Shown here: positions 1-9,397 of the stretch, in pieces
How positions within the stretch are numbered: the first letter of the stretch is position 1
Layout: the number at the start of each line of letters is the position of its first letter
Assembly: GCA_041605275.1 (NCBI GenBank)
Contig: JBFIYQ010000001.1
Location: 1 to 32,561, forward strand
Origin: Gammaproteobacteria bacterium
GTDB taxonomy: Bacteria; Pseudomonadota; Gammaproteobacteria; HK1
Direction: 5' to 3'
DNA: 32,561 nucleotides
Notes under the pieces: model-generated
The model's input: only the letters and a program-made list of their open reading frames with translations
What the model was told of the DNA's origin: nothing
The model's database searches: none
Program-made: the position numbers and the translations under genes

Positions 1-76
1 ATTTTCTTTGACTCGCCGATCGAATATTGCCCCGTTGCAAATCGATACGTGCTGCTCGATCAAACCCAGAAATCCT

Positions 77-128
77 GCGCCAGGGATATGGACTGCCACG
101 CCCTCAATTGCCCGCTGGCGCGTTTTTT
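77..128 (+). terminator. Putative intrinsic terminator for an off-window upstream + strand gene
   Basis: GCGCCAGGG (77-85) pairs with CCC-g-CTGGCGC (111-121, one bulge) and is followed by T6 (123-128). The loop is long, about 25 nt, which weakens the call. Confidence 0.4.
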
Positions 129-216
129 CGCCCGTCCGGTTGCCCCCGGAGCACAGGATAAAAATAGTCGGAAGCAAGTTGAGCAACCTACTTCGAAGCG
201 TTAGCGAGGTGACAGC

Positions 217-1050
217 TTGAATTCAATCAAGAGCATCCTGGTCCACCTCGACGATAGCGAGTCGGTTGATCAGCGGCTCAAGCTTTGCACGGATCTTGCC
301 GCAGCCTGTGACGCCCACCTGTCGGCGCTTTATGTCAGCCGATTCTTGACCCAGAGCCTGCTGGTGGACGCGCCGCCGTCCGGAATGTTGCTGAAAGCGC
401 TGGAAGAGGAGCAGCGTGCGCGAACGGCGAAAGCCCAGGAGCTGTACGAGTCGAGCACGGCGGACCTCAAAGACAATCGTACGTTCCACCACGAGGAGGG
501 CGATCCGGTTCGCTGGCTGAGCCTTTACGGGCGTTACGCGGACGTTGTCGTTGTCCACCAGCCCGGCGACGAAGAAGCGAGGTTCGGCGCTGGCGGCATC
601 TCGGGCGCCCTGGCGATCGGTTGCGGTCGACCGGTGCTGGTGGTTCCCCGCACCGGCGTCGAGAGCCTGTCCCCCAATCGGGTGATGATCGCCTGGAACG
701 GATCCCGGGAGGCGGCGCGCGCGGTGTCCGACGCGCTTCCGTTTTTGAGAATGGCCGGCCGCGTGGAGGCGGTAAGCGTATCCGATGACCAGAATCTCGA
801 AGATGGCGCTCTCGGCGTCCGCGAACTCTGCCGGCATCTCGGCCTGCACGGCATTGACGCCGAACCGATATTGCTTCCCCGTCCGAAGATCGAAGTTGCC
901 GAGGCGCTGCTGTCGCGCGCGGCCGCCCAGAGCACGGAGCTCATCGTCCTCGGCGCCTACGGCCACTCCCGGTTCCGTGAGCTGGTGCTCGGCGGGGTGA
1001 CGCGCAATTTTCTCGGTCATTCCGCCTTCCCCCTGCTCCTGAGCCACTGA
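217..1050 (+). CDS. Tandem-domain universal stress protein (UspA family)
   Basis: 277 aa with two USP-like halves (ILVHLDDSES... and VMIAWNGSREA...). C-terminal ATP-binding-type motif LIVLGAYGHSRFRELVLGGVTRNFL. TTG start at 217 with GAGG 7 nt upstream. Confidence 0.85.
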   Translation: MNSIKSILVHLDDSESVDQRLKLCTDLAAACDAHLSALYVSRFLTQSLLVDAPPSGMLLKALEEEQRARTAKAQELYESSTADLKDNRTFHHEEGDPVRWLSLYGRYADVVVVHQPGDEEARFGAGGISGALAIGCGRPVLVVPRTGVESLSPNRVMIAWNGSREAARAVSDALPFLRMAGRVEAVSVSDDQNLEDGALGVRELCRHLGLHGIDAEPILLPRPKIEVAEALLSRAAAQSTELIVLGAYGHSRFRELVLGGVTRNFLGHSAFPLLLSH

Positions 1051-1059
1051 GGCGCGGCG

Positions 1060-1078
1060 CGCCCGCCGGTCGCGGGCG
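1060..1078 (+). terminator. GC-rich hairpin just after the USP stop (possible terminator, no U-tract)
   Basis: CGCCCGC (1060-1066), loop cggtc, GCGGGCG (1072-1078), 10 nt after the TGA at 1048-1050. No T-run follows. Confidence 0.3.
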
Positions 1079-1168
1079 GAACTTACCCGCGCTGCACGGT
1101 ATCCATACCCCATGCTAGTATTTTGAGTGCAGCTTGAGTTGCGCGTTTACGGGTTCAGGGAAAGCAGC

Positions 1169-2170
1169 ATGGTTCAGACCACAAGTCTCGGTACGGATTC
1201 GGAATTCGTGCGCATGCCCGACATCAAGGTGTCGGTGCGCCAGACTTTCGGCATCGACAGCGATCTTGAGGCCCCGGCGTTCAGTCAACCGGAGGAGCAC
1301 GTCCCGCAGGTGGACGAGGCCTACCGATTCGATCGCAATACCACGCTTGCCATCCTGGCGGGGTTCTCCCACAACCGGCGGGTGCTGGTGCAGGGCTATC
1401 ACGGCACCGGTAAGTCCACCCACATCGAGCAGGTGGCCGCGCGGCTCAACTGGCCCTGCATTCGGGTCAATCTGGACAGCCACATCAGCCGAATCGACCT
1501 GGTGGGCAAGGACGCTATCGTTCTACGCGACGGCCAGCAGGTCACCGAGTTTCGCGAGGGTATCCTGCCCTGGGCCTACCAGAATCCCACCGCGCTGGTG
1601 TTCGACGAGTACGACGCCGGTCGGCCGGACGTGATGTTCGTGATCCAGCGGGTGCTGGAAGCGGAGGGGCGCCTGACGCTGCTGGATCAGTCGCGGGTGC
1701 TGCATCCGCACCCGGCGTTTCGTCTCTTCGCCACAGCGAACACGGTGGGTCTGGGTGATACCACCGGCCTCTATCACGGCACCCAGCAGATCAACCAGGG
1801 GCAGATGGACCGCTGGAGCATCGTCACGACGCTCAACTACCTGGGGCACGACGCCGAGGTGGAGATCGTGATCGCCAAGGTGCCGTCCTATGACAATGAG
1901 TCCGGGCGCAGCAGCGTAAGCGCCATGGTGGCGCTGGCGGAGCTGACGCGGTCGGGATTCATCAACGGCGACGTGTCTACCGTGATGAGCCCGCGGACGG
2001 TGATCACCTGGGCGGAGAACGCGCTGCTGTTCGAGGACATCGGCTTCGCTTTCCGCCTGAGCTATCTGAACAAGTGCGACGAAATCGAGAGGCCGGTCGT
2101 CGCCGAGTACTATCAGCGCTGTTTCGGCTCCGAGCTCAAAGAGAGCGGGATCAAGGCGAACCTGGCCTGA
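1169..2170 (+). CDS. cobS: Aerobic cobaltochelatase subunit CobS (MoxR-like AAA+ ATPase)
   Basis: Walker A in [32 protein letters not shown] and Walker B in [14 protein letters not shown]. The [34 protein letters not shown] block is collinear with CobS as I recall it. ATG 1169 has AGGGAAA upstream; the ORF opens at 1127 and ATG 1214 is an alternative. Confidence 0.9.
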   Translation: MVQTTSLGTDSEFVRMPDIKVSVRQTFGIDSDLEAPAFSQPEEHVPQVDEAYRFDRNTTLAILAGFSHNRRVLVQGYHGTGKSTHIEQVAARLNWPCIRVNLDSHISRIDLVGKDAIVLRDGQQVTEFREGILPWAYQNPTALVFDEYDAGRPDVMFVIQRVLEAEGRLTLLDQSRVLHPHPAFRLFATANTVGLGDTTGLYHGTQQINQGQMDRWSIVTTLNYLGHDAEVEIVIAKVPSYDNESGRSSVSAMVALAELTRSGFINGDVSTVMSPRTVITWAENALLFEDIGFAFRLSYLNKCDEIERPVVAEYYQRCFGSELKESGIKANLA

Positions 2171-2238
2171 GTCCGCCCGCTCCGCGTGCCGCGTTGGAAT
2201 ATTGAGGCGCGCGTAAAGCCGATCCCGAGTCTGTTGCG

Positions 2239-4119
2239 ATGAAATCGAAAACCAACGATCCCGGCATCGAACGCTTCCGGCGGGTAACCGAGGCCACCAC
2301 TCGCGCCATCGCCCACGAACCCGAGCTCAACGTGGAGTTCACCCAGGACCTCGCGCCCACGGAAGGCAAAATCCTCAAGCTCAAGCAGCCGCCGCTCAAC
2401 CTGGCCTACACGGACGTGGCCCGGGTACGCGGGCAGGCTGACGCCGCCGCCCTCAAGCTGCGTCATCACAGCGCAAGGATACACTCCCGGCACGCGCCTA
2501 AGAGCGAGCCGGCGCGGGGAATTTTTGACGCTCTGGAGCAGGCGCGCTGCGAGGCGCTGGGCGCTAACCAGATGGCCGGCGTGGCGGAGAATCTGGCCGC
2601 CTCCCTGGAGGCGCTTTGCCAGAAGCGGGGCTTAGCCGAGGCTTCGGACCGCCGAGACGTGCCTCTGTCCCAGGCGCTCAGCCTGCTGGCCCGTGAGTGC
2701 ATGACCGGAGCCTCGCCGCCGCCTTCGGCGGCCGCCGCCCTGGATTTCTGGCGTGCGACGCTGGAGTCCGCCGTCGGCGCCCAGCTCGGCAAGCTCGGCT
2801 CGGTTGCCGAGGACCAGCGGGCTTATGCCGCTGTGATGCGGGAGATGCTGGCGGCGCTGGGAATCGAGGACGACTCCGAGGAGTTCGAGGACGAGCCGAC
2901 CGAGGGCGATTCCGAAAGCGACGAGGGCGACTCCAGCGCGCTGAATCAGGGGGAGACGGGGCAGAGCGAGCAGGGTCAGCCGGAGCAGATGGAGGGCCTG
3001 GAGCTGCGCGATGCGGCCGACCAGGAGAGCGAGGACGGGGAGCAGTCCGAGCCCTTCGAGGCCAGCATGCTGGAAGACGGCGCGGATATGCCCGAGATCC
3101 CTGGTGAAACGGCGTTTCAGCCACGCTTCGGCCGAAACGACTTCAGTGACGAGCTATACCACGCCTACGCCACAGAGTTCGACGAGGTGGTGGATGCCGA
3201 AAATCTGTGCGACGCGGAGGAGCTCAGCCGGCTGAGACAGAACCTGGACCAGCAGCTCAGCAGCCTGCAGGGCATTATCGGCAAGCTCGCCAACCGGCTG
3301 CAGCGCCGGCTTCTTGCCCAGCAGACCCGGGCCTGGGAGTTCGATCTGGAAGAGGGTCAGCTGGACTGCGCGCGGCTGGCCCGGGTGGTGGCCAACCCCT
3401 TCCATTCCCTGACTTTCAAGCAGGAGAAGGAAACCCGATTTCGCGACACCGCCGTCAGCCTGCTGATCGACAACTCGGGATCCATGCGCGGGCGTCCCAT
3501 CATGGTGGCCGCCATGAGCGCCGACATCCTCGCCCGCACCCTGGAGCGGTGCGGGGTCAAGGTGGAGATCCTGGGATTCACCACCCGCGCCTGGAAAGGA
3601 GGTCAGTCACGGGAACGCTGGCTGGCCGAAGGCAAATGCCCCAACGCCGGGCGCTTAAACGACCTGCGACACATTGTCTACAAGTCGGCGGACACGCCCT
3701 GGCGCCGCGGCCGTAAGAGCCTCGGCATCATGCTACGTGAGGGGATACTCAAGGAAAACATTGACGGCGAAGCGCTGCTGTGGGCCCACCAGCGGCTGGT
3801 CTCGCGCCCGGAGCAGCGGCGCATCCTCATGGTTATCAGCGACGGCGCGCCTGTGGATGATTCCACTTTATCGGTGAATCCGAGCAACTACCTGGAACGC
3901 CATTTGCGCCAGGTCATCGATTACATCGAGAACGTGAGCCCGGTCGAGCTGCTCGCCATCGGCATCGGCCACGACGTTACGCGCTACTATCGCCGCGCGG
4001 TGACGCTGGTGGACGCGGAGCAGCTCGGCGGCGCCGTTATGGAGCAGCTGGCGGAGCTATTCGAGGAAGAGTCGTTCAGGGCGCGCGCGGCGCCCAGGCG
4101 TCCACTGGCATACCGATGA
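2239..4119 (+). CDS. cobT: Cobaltochelatase subunit CobT (vWA-domain protein)
   Basis: 626 aa. Central acidic low-complexity stretch ([21 protein letters not shown]...). C-terminal vWA domain with a MIDAS-type DxSxS motif ([11 protein letters not shown]). Lies 68 nt downstream of cobS on the same strand. Confidence 0.85.
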   Translation: MKSKTNDPGIERFRRVTEATTRAIAHEPELNVEFTQDLAPTEGKILKLKQPPLNLAYTDVARVRGQADAAALKLRHHSARIHSRHAPKSEPARGIFDALEQARCEALGANQMAGVAENLAASLEALCQKRGLAEASDRRDVPLSQALSLLARECMTGASPPPSAAAALDFWRATLESAVGAQLGKLGSVAEDQRAYAAVMREMLAALGIEDDSEEFEDEPTEGDSESDEGDSSALNQGETGQSEQGQPEQMEGLELRDAADQESEDGEQSEPFEASMLEDGADMPEIPGETAFQPRFGRNDFSDELYHAYATEFDEVVDAENLCDAEELSRLRQNLDQQLSSLQGIIGKLANRLQRRLLAQQTRAWEFDLEEGQLDCARLARVVANPFHSLTFKQEKETRFRDTAVSLLIDNSGSMRGRPIMVAAMSADILARTLERCGVKVEILGFTTRAWKGGQSRERWLAEGKCPNAGRLNDLRHIVYKSADTPWRRGRKSLGIMLREGILKENIDGEALLWAHQRLVSRPEQRRILMVISDGAPVDDSTLSVNPSNYLERHLRQVIDYIENVSPVELLAIGIGHDVTRYYRRAVTLVDAEQLGGAVMEQLAELFEEESFRARAAPRRPLAYR

Positions 4120-4214
4120 GCGGAGGGCTTTCCGGAAATCTTAAGACGCCCTATCTAGCCGGGAATGGATGATTCGTTGAGACGATTTGCAGATGGTAAT
4201 GAGCCCGATCCGGC

Positions 4215-4574
4215 TCAGCTGTCGTCATCAATAGAAATTCTCGTTGTCCGCGCCACACTCTGCTGAGTGGCATCCAGAAAGCGTAACGTGTAAGGGCCGA
4301 TGAGAATCTCGTCTTCGTTGTGTAGAAGATGGCGATTAACGCGCTGCCCGTTCACCTTGGTTCCGTTTGTGCTTTCGAGATCACGCAGCCAGTAATCATT
4401 CGACCCGTCGATATACTGACCTTGCTTTACGGCCACCTCCGCGTGGGAGCCGCTGACTGTGTCATCATCGAGCTGGATGTCGTTAGCGGCGTCACGGCCG
4501 ATACGAACCATTCCCTCGGAGAGCGGGTACTCCCGCTGTCTCACCCCCTCTACTAAGACAATAATCTTGGCCAT
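4215..4574 (-). CDS. Small stand-alone FHA-domain protein
   Basis: 119 aa. FHA hallmarks: VRIGRDAANDIQLDDDTVSGSHAEV ... LESTNGTKVNGQRV ... ILIGPYTLRF. GAGGA sits 8 nt before the ATG. Confidence 0.85.
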   Translation of the reverse strand: MAKIIVLVEGVRQREYPLSEGMVRIGRDAANDIQLDDDTVSGSHAEVAVKQGQYIDGSNDYWLRDLESTNGTKVNGQRVNRHLLHNEDEILIGPYTLRFLDATQQSVARTTRISIDDDS

Positions 4575-4811
4575 TAACCGTATCCTCGGGCATTCGTGGC
4601 GTTGCCACCGGACGACGTGACAACAATCATTGCGCGCATTCTCGGGCCTTGAGGGCCGCGTCTCTGCCGACCGGACCGTCAGGTGTAAGATATTGAAATT
4701 ACGCGCAAATTCGTGCGGTTCGATTTTGCTTCAAGGCGTTCGGAAATTCCGTAACGAGACCTTGAGGACCCCTAGAAAGTTATAGCCAATAATAGTTCGC
4801 ACGTCTGCATT

Positions 4812-7388
4812 TCATGCGGCTGAGCTGCGGGAGCGAGACCCGCGACCCGACCGACGCTTATTCTTGCTCTTTGTGGACCGGGATTTCTTCTGCGCTTCCT
4901 GACAATCTTCCAAGGCCTCCGCCATCTCGAGTCCCGACTGAAATCTGTCATCGGGGTCCTTCTCCAAGGCCGTATCGATGAGCCGAGCGAGCCGCCTGCT
5001 GAGATCCGGCCGCACACGACTCAAGCTTCGGTGCTTTTCACGGGTTATCTGCAACATGATCGTCGGCACGGAGTCCCCGGTGAATGGAAGCGTCCCGGAA
5101 AACAGCTGATACAGAGTTGTTCCGAGCGAGAATAAATCGGAGCGGCCGTCGATTTTCCCTCCGACCGCCTGCTCCGGGGACATGTAGGAGGGCGTACCTA
5201 GAATTGTTCCGGTGCGAGTCTGATCTCCGTCGCTTATCCTTGCGATTCCAAAGTCGCTGACTTTCACCAACTGGCTCTCCCGCACGTAAAGAACGTTGCT
5301 GGGTTTGACGTCCCGGTGAATGATCTTGTTATCGTGAGCGTAGTCGAGCGCTCTGGCGACCTGTATACCGATACCCAGGACTTCCTCAACCGGTAGGAGA
5401 TTATCCGGGTCGACAAACTCCTCAAGAGTGGTGCCATCGACATAATCCATCGCAATGTACACCAGATCGTCATGTTTACCGGCTTCATAAACGGTAACGA
5501 TATTCGGGTGATTCATCCGCGCCTCGGCCTCAGCCTCGCGGCGGAACCGCTGCTCGATAGATTCCAACTCGCCGCCGTGGTAATCCTCTCGAATCGAAAG
5601 CACCTTCAGCGCGACCGATCGATTGAGTCTCGAATCCGTGGCCAGATATACCCGAGCCATGGCCCCCCGTCCGATTTGTCTGTCAAGGTGATAATGGGCA
5701 AGCATCGGTTTTTCGAGCTTGGAATCCCCGATCAGAATGGTGTCACTGCTGGTACCGGCCGGGGAAAGCCCCGGAAAATCTCCGGCCAGCTTGTTCAAGC
5801 GCTCTAAGCGAACCGGTACATCCTGATATTTCCTGTCGTAACGGAGTAAAAGCCTATACGCCTCGGATGCCCTGTCGAGTTTGCGGCGTCTCTCGAAATC
5901 GAGGGCGAGCTGGTAGATTTTCTGCATAACAAGTGGACTACGGGGACAGCGCCTGAGCTCCTCGAAAGCCTCGTCCAGTCTGTCTTGAGATTGAAGATTG
6001 ATCGCGTAGCGGAGGCGTAACTCGGTAACTCCTCGACCGAAGCCGAGCGCGCCGGTTTCAAACAACCGAAAAACGCTGAACACTGCAAGCACACCCACCG
6101 CGCAGAACGCCGGCAGCGCGACCGGTATCCACAGTTGCCGCGTTACAAGCGCCACCAGCCCGCCGTTCAATAGAATGATGAACAGTGCGCCGGCCAGGAA
6201 CAGACTCCGGCGCCCATGAAATCCCGTCGGCAAAAACAACAGCAGTCCAATGGCGATTATCAGCCCGCGCTGGCCGGCGTAGAACCATGCGGGTCTGCTA
6301 AAACCGGAGTCTTTGACCAGACTGCTGAGCGCATGCGCAGCATGAATGGCGGGTGCACTCCCGCCTTCATAGCGGAGACCGTACATCGACATGAGCCGGG
6401 GTGCCGTCGGCCCTATGATTACGGTAGTGCCGCGCAGATCCGTGTGCTTGTCGGGGTCGTCCAGGAAGTCAGCCAGCGAGTGCATGTGGAGGCCGGATTC
6501 CGCTTTCTGCGAAATCAGCGGCGGCGGATAATAGTTAAAATCCGGAGCCGTCCTGATAAACCTTCCGCCGATCTTGATTCCCTCCTTCGGCACGACTTTT
6601 ATAGCTCTGCTGTTCACGCCCAGGGACCGCGCCGTCAGCAGGGTGAGGAAACCGGGAAGGAATTCTGTCTTCGCATTAAACGCGAGTTTGACCCCCGTCT
6701 GGTTATCCGTCGGCGCGGACAATACCTGCACTCCGACGGCCGATGCTGCTTTTCCAAAACGGGCTAACGGTTGATCGAACTCCAGCTGGTTGGACAGCGG
6801 CGGAGTGAACACTATGGAGCGAATAAAATGTCGCAGCTTCGAAAAGTAGCCCTGCAACGGCGCGTCTGGTCCCGACCAGGGCGGATTAAGCTTGGCGTCG
6901 TAGGCGTTACGCACTGCTGAATAGATGACAACGTTGCCGGATTCGCCCATGGCTCGAGAAAGCGCGCCATCCGTGTCCAGGCGCCGGGCCCACCGTCGCA
7001 GCGCAGAGCGCACTTTCGAAGAGGAAGAACGCGCGCTTTCAGATAATTTAGACAGTTTCTCCGGGGTCTGTGCTTCGTTTAGCGGAATCATCAAACCGAC
7101 GGTGCCGACTTGCTTCCGCCTGAGGTGATCTATGATTCCCGCAATGCGGTCACGCGGCCAGGGCCATGGTCCGAGGCGTTCGAGGCTCTTTTCGTCTATT
7201 GCAAGCAACGCAATCCGGGACGGGTAGTCATAGGATCCTACAAGCCTAGAGAGCACCCTGAACACACCGTCTTCAATCCGCTGGGGAACCGGGTTGTAGC
7301 TGCCGACAAAGAACAGCCCGATAAGAATTAATCCCAGGCCTCGGTAGCCGAGCAGGTAGTTTCTGACGTCCTTTATTTTAGAATTCAT
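4812..7388 (-). CDS. CHASE2-sensor transmembrane Ser/Thr protein kinase (Hanks type)
   Basis: N-terminal TM helix plus a long CHASE2-like extracytoplasmic region, then a cluster of TM helices around aa 375-450 and a helical repeat linker. C-terminal kinase motifs: GRGAMARVYLA, VALKVL, HRDVKPSNVL, DFGIA, SYMSPEQ. Basic S/R/K tail. ATG at 7388; the ORF opens at TTG 7400. Confidence 0.85.
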   Translation of the reverse strand: MNSKIKDVRNYLLGYRGLGLILIGLFFVGSYNPVPQRIEDGVFRVLSRLVGSYDYPSRIALLAIDEKSLERLGPWPWPRDRIAGIIDHLRRKQVGTVGLMIPLNEAQTPEKLSKLSESARSSSSKVRSALRRWARRLDTDGALSRAMGESGNVVIYSAVRNAYDAKLNPPWSGPDAPLQGYFSKLRHFIRSIVFTPPLSNQLEFDQPLARFGKAASAVGVQVLSAPTDNQTGVKLAFNAKTEFLPGFLTLLTARSLGVNSRAIKVVPKEGIKIGGRFIRTAPDFNYYPPPLISQKAESGLHMHSLADFLDDPDKHTDLRGTTVIIGPTAPRLMSMYGLRYEGGSAPAIHAAHALSSLVKDSGFSRPAWFYAGQRGLIIAIGLLLFLPTGFHGRRSLFLAGALFIILLNGGLVALVTRQLWIPVALPAFCAVGVLAVFSVFRLFETGALGFGRGVTELRLRYAINLQSQDRLDEAFEELRRCPRSPLVMQKIYQLALDFERRRKLDRASEAYRLLLRYDRKYQDVPVRLERLNKLAGDFPGLSPAGTSSDTILIGDSKLEKPMLAHYHLDRQIGRGAMARVYLATDSRLNRSVALKVLSIREDYHGGELESIEQRFRREAEAEARMNHPNIVTVYEAGKHDDLVYIAMDYVDGTTLEEFVDPDNLLPVEEVLGIGIQVARALDYAHDNKIIHRDVKPSNVLYVRESQLVKVSDFGIARISDGDQTRTGTILGTPSYMSPEQAVGGKIDGRSDLFSLGTTLYQLFSGTLPFTGDSVPTIMLQITREKHRSLSRVRPDLSRRLARLIDTALEKDPDDRFQSGLEMAEALEDCQEAQKKSRSTKSKNKRRSGRGSRSRSSAA

Positions 7389-7853
7389 TACCCGGGACAA
7401 TACTCGGACGTTGCTCCCTGCGGCCCGATCTATTCGGGCCTCTAGGTGCGCCGACGTGCTGTTTCAGGAAAAGCGACCGCCTCCCGGCTATATCGGCCTG
7501 TCCAAGGCATTTCTTTAGCTGTCCAGCATCCCTTGGTCAGAGCCTTTCGCCCTAGAATTGGCGGCGATTCAGGGGGCGACCGCTGTCTGTGAATTCGTCC
7601 TCTGCTAGTACGCGACCGCCGGACCCATGCCTGAAGTCTAGGCCAGAATCAGGCGTGATTCTCCGGCCCCAGCGGCGACGGGTATACTTGCCGGGCGAGC
7701 GGCAGCGGCCTCTTCGAAGCAGACAAAAAACAATGATCCTCCGCGGAGTGAAAGCGGCTAAACGGGGCAAACGTAGGTGCGAATCGTTCCCGCCCGTTTC
7801 CCGCAGCGAGGCCGGATTCACGGGTAACAAACGCGACCTCGCCTAAAATCATA

Positions 7854-9275
7854 ATGTCCACACTACCCGTTCACTTTGAGCCGCTTACAGCGCTGTCGGA
7901 AAAAATTCGCGCGCGCGAACTCTCTCCGGTAGAGCTCACCGAGATTTTTCTCAGCCGAATCCGGCAACACGATCCCGGTTTGGGTGCATTTCGCCTCAAC
8001 TGCGCCGAGCGGGCGCTGAAAGAAGCCCGGGCGGCGGAGGCGGCCATCACGGCGGGCAAGGATGCCGGACCCCTGCACGGCATTCCGTTCGCGGTTAAGG
8101 ACCTTTTCGATGTCGAAGGGCTTCCAACCAGCGCGGGCTGCAGACTGCTCGAGAACAACGTCGCCGCAGCGGACGCCACCGTGGTGCGCCGGCTTCTGGA
8201 CGCGGGGATGGTGCTGCTGGGAAAAACCAACACCGTGCAGTTCGCCTACGGCGGCGCCGGCATCAACCACGACCACGGCACGCCTAACAATCCCTGGCAC
8301 CCGGTGCCGCATCTTCCCGGCGGCTCCAGCAGTGGCTCCGGCGTGGCCGTGGCCGCCGGCCTGGCGCCGATGGCACTGGGCAGCGACACCGGTGGTTCGG
8401 TGCGTATCCCGGCCGCGATGTGTGGAATCACCGGGCTCAAAACCACGGTCGGTCAAGTGAGCAGGGCGGGCGTATATCCGCTGAGCTGGAGCCTCGATTC
8501 CGTCGGGCCGCTTACCCGCATCGTTGACGACGCGGCGCTGGTCTATTCGATCATCGCCGGGCCGGACGCTGCCGATGACTCCACCACCGTGGCCAGAACC
8601 GCCGCGGTTATGGACGACCTGAACAAGGGCATCGACGGTCTGAAAATCGCGTTCGCCGAAAGCGTGTTTTTCGACCACGTGGACCACGAAGTGGAAGAAA
8701 CCTGCCGCGGCACCCGGGAGGTGTTTGAATCCCTTGGGGCGAAAGTCACCAGCGAATCGTTCCCGGTGGCGGCTAAAGCGCGCGATCTCAATCCCCGCGG
8801 ACTCATCATCGCGGCGGAGGCATATACGCTCAACCAGAAACTGCTAGAGAATAATTTCGACGAACTGGACCCGGTCGTCGCTCACCGCATGATCAAGGGC
8901 AAGCAGATCCTCGCCCACGAATATCTGAATACAACGCTCGCATGGAAACGCATCCGCGCCGAAGCGCTGGAAACATTTCGCCGCGTGGACGCGCTTTTAT
9001 GTCCGACGACCATGGTGCCTGCGCTTCCTGTCGAGGAGGTGGACCGGGATATCGAGAGCTATTCCGACGCCAACCTCAAATGCCTGCGGAATTGCTCCAT
9101 CGGAAACGTCCTCAATCTTTGCGGCCTGTCGGTTCCCTGTGGATTCACCTCCAGGGGCCTTCCGGTAGGTCTGATGATCTACGCCAGGCCCTTTGACGAA
9201 GCGACCGTGCTTCGAATCGGCCGCGCCTACCAGCAGGCGACCGACTGGCACCTCCAGACCCCCGATCTCGATTGA
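7854..9275 (+). CDS. Amidase-signature family amidase (GatA-like fold)
   Basis: 473 aa. Signature block GGSSSGSGVAVAAGLAPMALGSDTGGSVRIPAAMCG. Catalytic Lys context PFAVKDLF. Confidence 0.85.
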   Translation: MSTLPVHFEPLTALSEKIRARELSPVELTEIFLSRIRQHDPGLGAFRLNCAERALKEARAAEAAITAGKDAGPLHGIPFAVKDLFDVEGLPTSAGCRLLENNVAAADATVVRRLLDAGMVLLGKTNTVQFAYGGAGINHDHGTPNNPWHPVPHLPGGSSSGSGVAVAAGLAPMALGSDTGGSVRIPAAMCGITGLKTTVGQVSRAGVYPLSWSLDSVGPLTRIVDDAALVYSIIAGPDAADDSTTVARTAAVMDDLNKGIDGLKIAFAESVFFDHVDHEVEETCRGTREVFESLGAKVTSESFPVAAKARDLNPRGLIIAAEAYTLNQKLLENNFDELDPVVAHRMIKGKQILAHEYLNTTLAWKRIRAEALETFRRVDALLCPTTMVPALPVEEVDRDIESYSDANLKCLRNCSIGNVLNLCGLSVPCGFTSRGLPVGLMIYARPFDEATVLRIGRAYQQATDWHLQTPDLD

Positions 9276-9287
9276 GCCGAGCCCGAA

Positions 9288-9302
9288 GGCGCCGCGGGCG
9301 CC
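9288..9302 (+). terminator. Short GC hairpin after the amidase stop
   Basis: GGCGCC-gcg-GGCGCC, 13 nt after the TGA at 9273-9275. No U-tract. Confidence 0.25.
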
Positions 9303-9327
9303 GCGTTGCGCGGGATCCGCGACCCTA

Positions 9328-9341
9328 TTGACCCGGATCAA
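9328..9341 (+). promoter_or_regulatory. FNR/Anr-type box (9/10 match) upstream of the CBS gene
   Basis: TTGACccggATCAA versus consensus TTGAT-N4-ATCAA. If the site is centred at -41.5, the -12 to -7 hexamer is TGTACT (9364-9369). ATG at 9398. Confidence 0.5.
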
Positions 9342-9397
9342 TACCACCCGGCGCCGCTTCGCCTGTACTGGAGCCGGGAATTTTTCGGGAGCTTTGG

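Noticed and set aside
8-220. 70-aa ORF at the left edge
   Set aside because: It has no Shine-Dalgarno and a low-complexity Pro/Arg-rich translation. It also spans a terminator-like hairpin + T6 (77-128), so the region is more likely intergenic.
217-230. FNR-like site TTGAAttcaATCAA (9/10 match) at the tandem USP gene
   Set aside because: It overlaps the start codon and first codons of the USP gene. The N-terminal beta-strand ILVHLDDS must be translated, so the site cannot sit at -41.5 of this gene's promoter. It is probably coincidental, or at most repressive. The true promoter is not resolved within the 216 nt available.
223-1113. Long antisense or alternative-frame ORFs: 223-1113(-), 7863-8687(-), 15404-16288(+), 20252-21358(-), 23835-25181(+), 27080-27997(+), 28758-30227(+), 29902-31026(-), and many shorter ones
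   Set aside because: Each lies opposite to, or out of frame with, a gene that has clear family motifs. Their translations are Arg/Gly/Pro/Ala-rich with no recognisable domains. This is typical of shadow ORFs in high-G+C DNA.
4120-4214. Bidirectional terminator between convergent cobT and the FHA gene
   Set aside because: I found only short stems: TGAGCC-cgatcc-GGCTCA at 4200-4217, which overlaps the FHA stop, and a 4-bp stem after the cobT stop. None has a U-tract, so they are too weak to call as features.
7760-7842. Possible c-di-GMP (GEMM-I) riboswitch suggested by GGGGCAAACG upstream of the amidase
   Set aside because: Only the GGCAAAC-like stretch resembles the class. The second conserved element (ACGCAAAGCC-type) and the tetraloop/receptor architecture are not evident. 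I treat the region as generic hairpins pending an Infernal scan.
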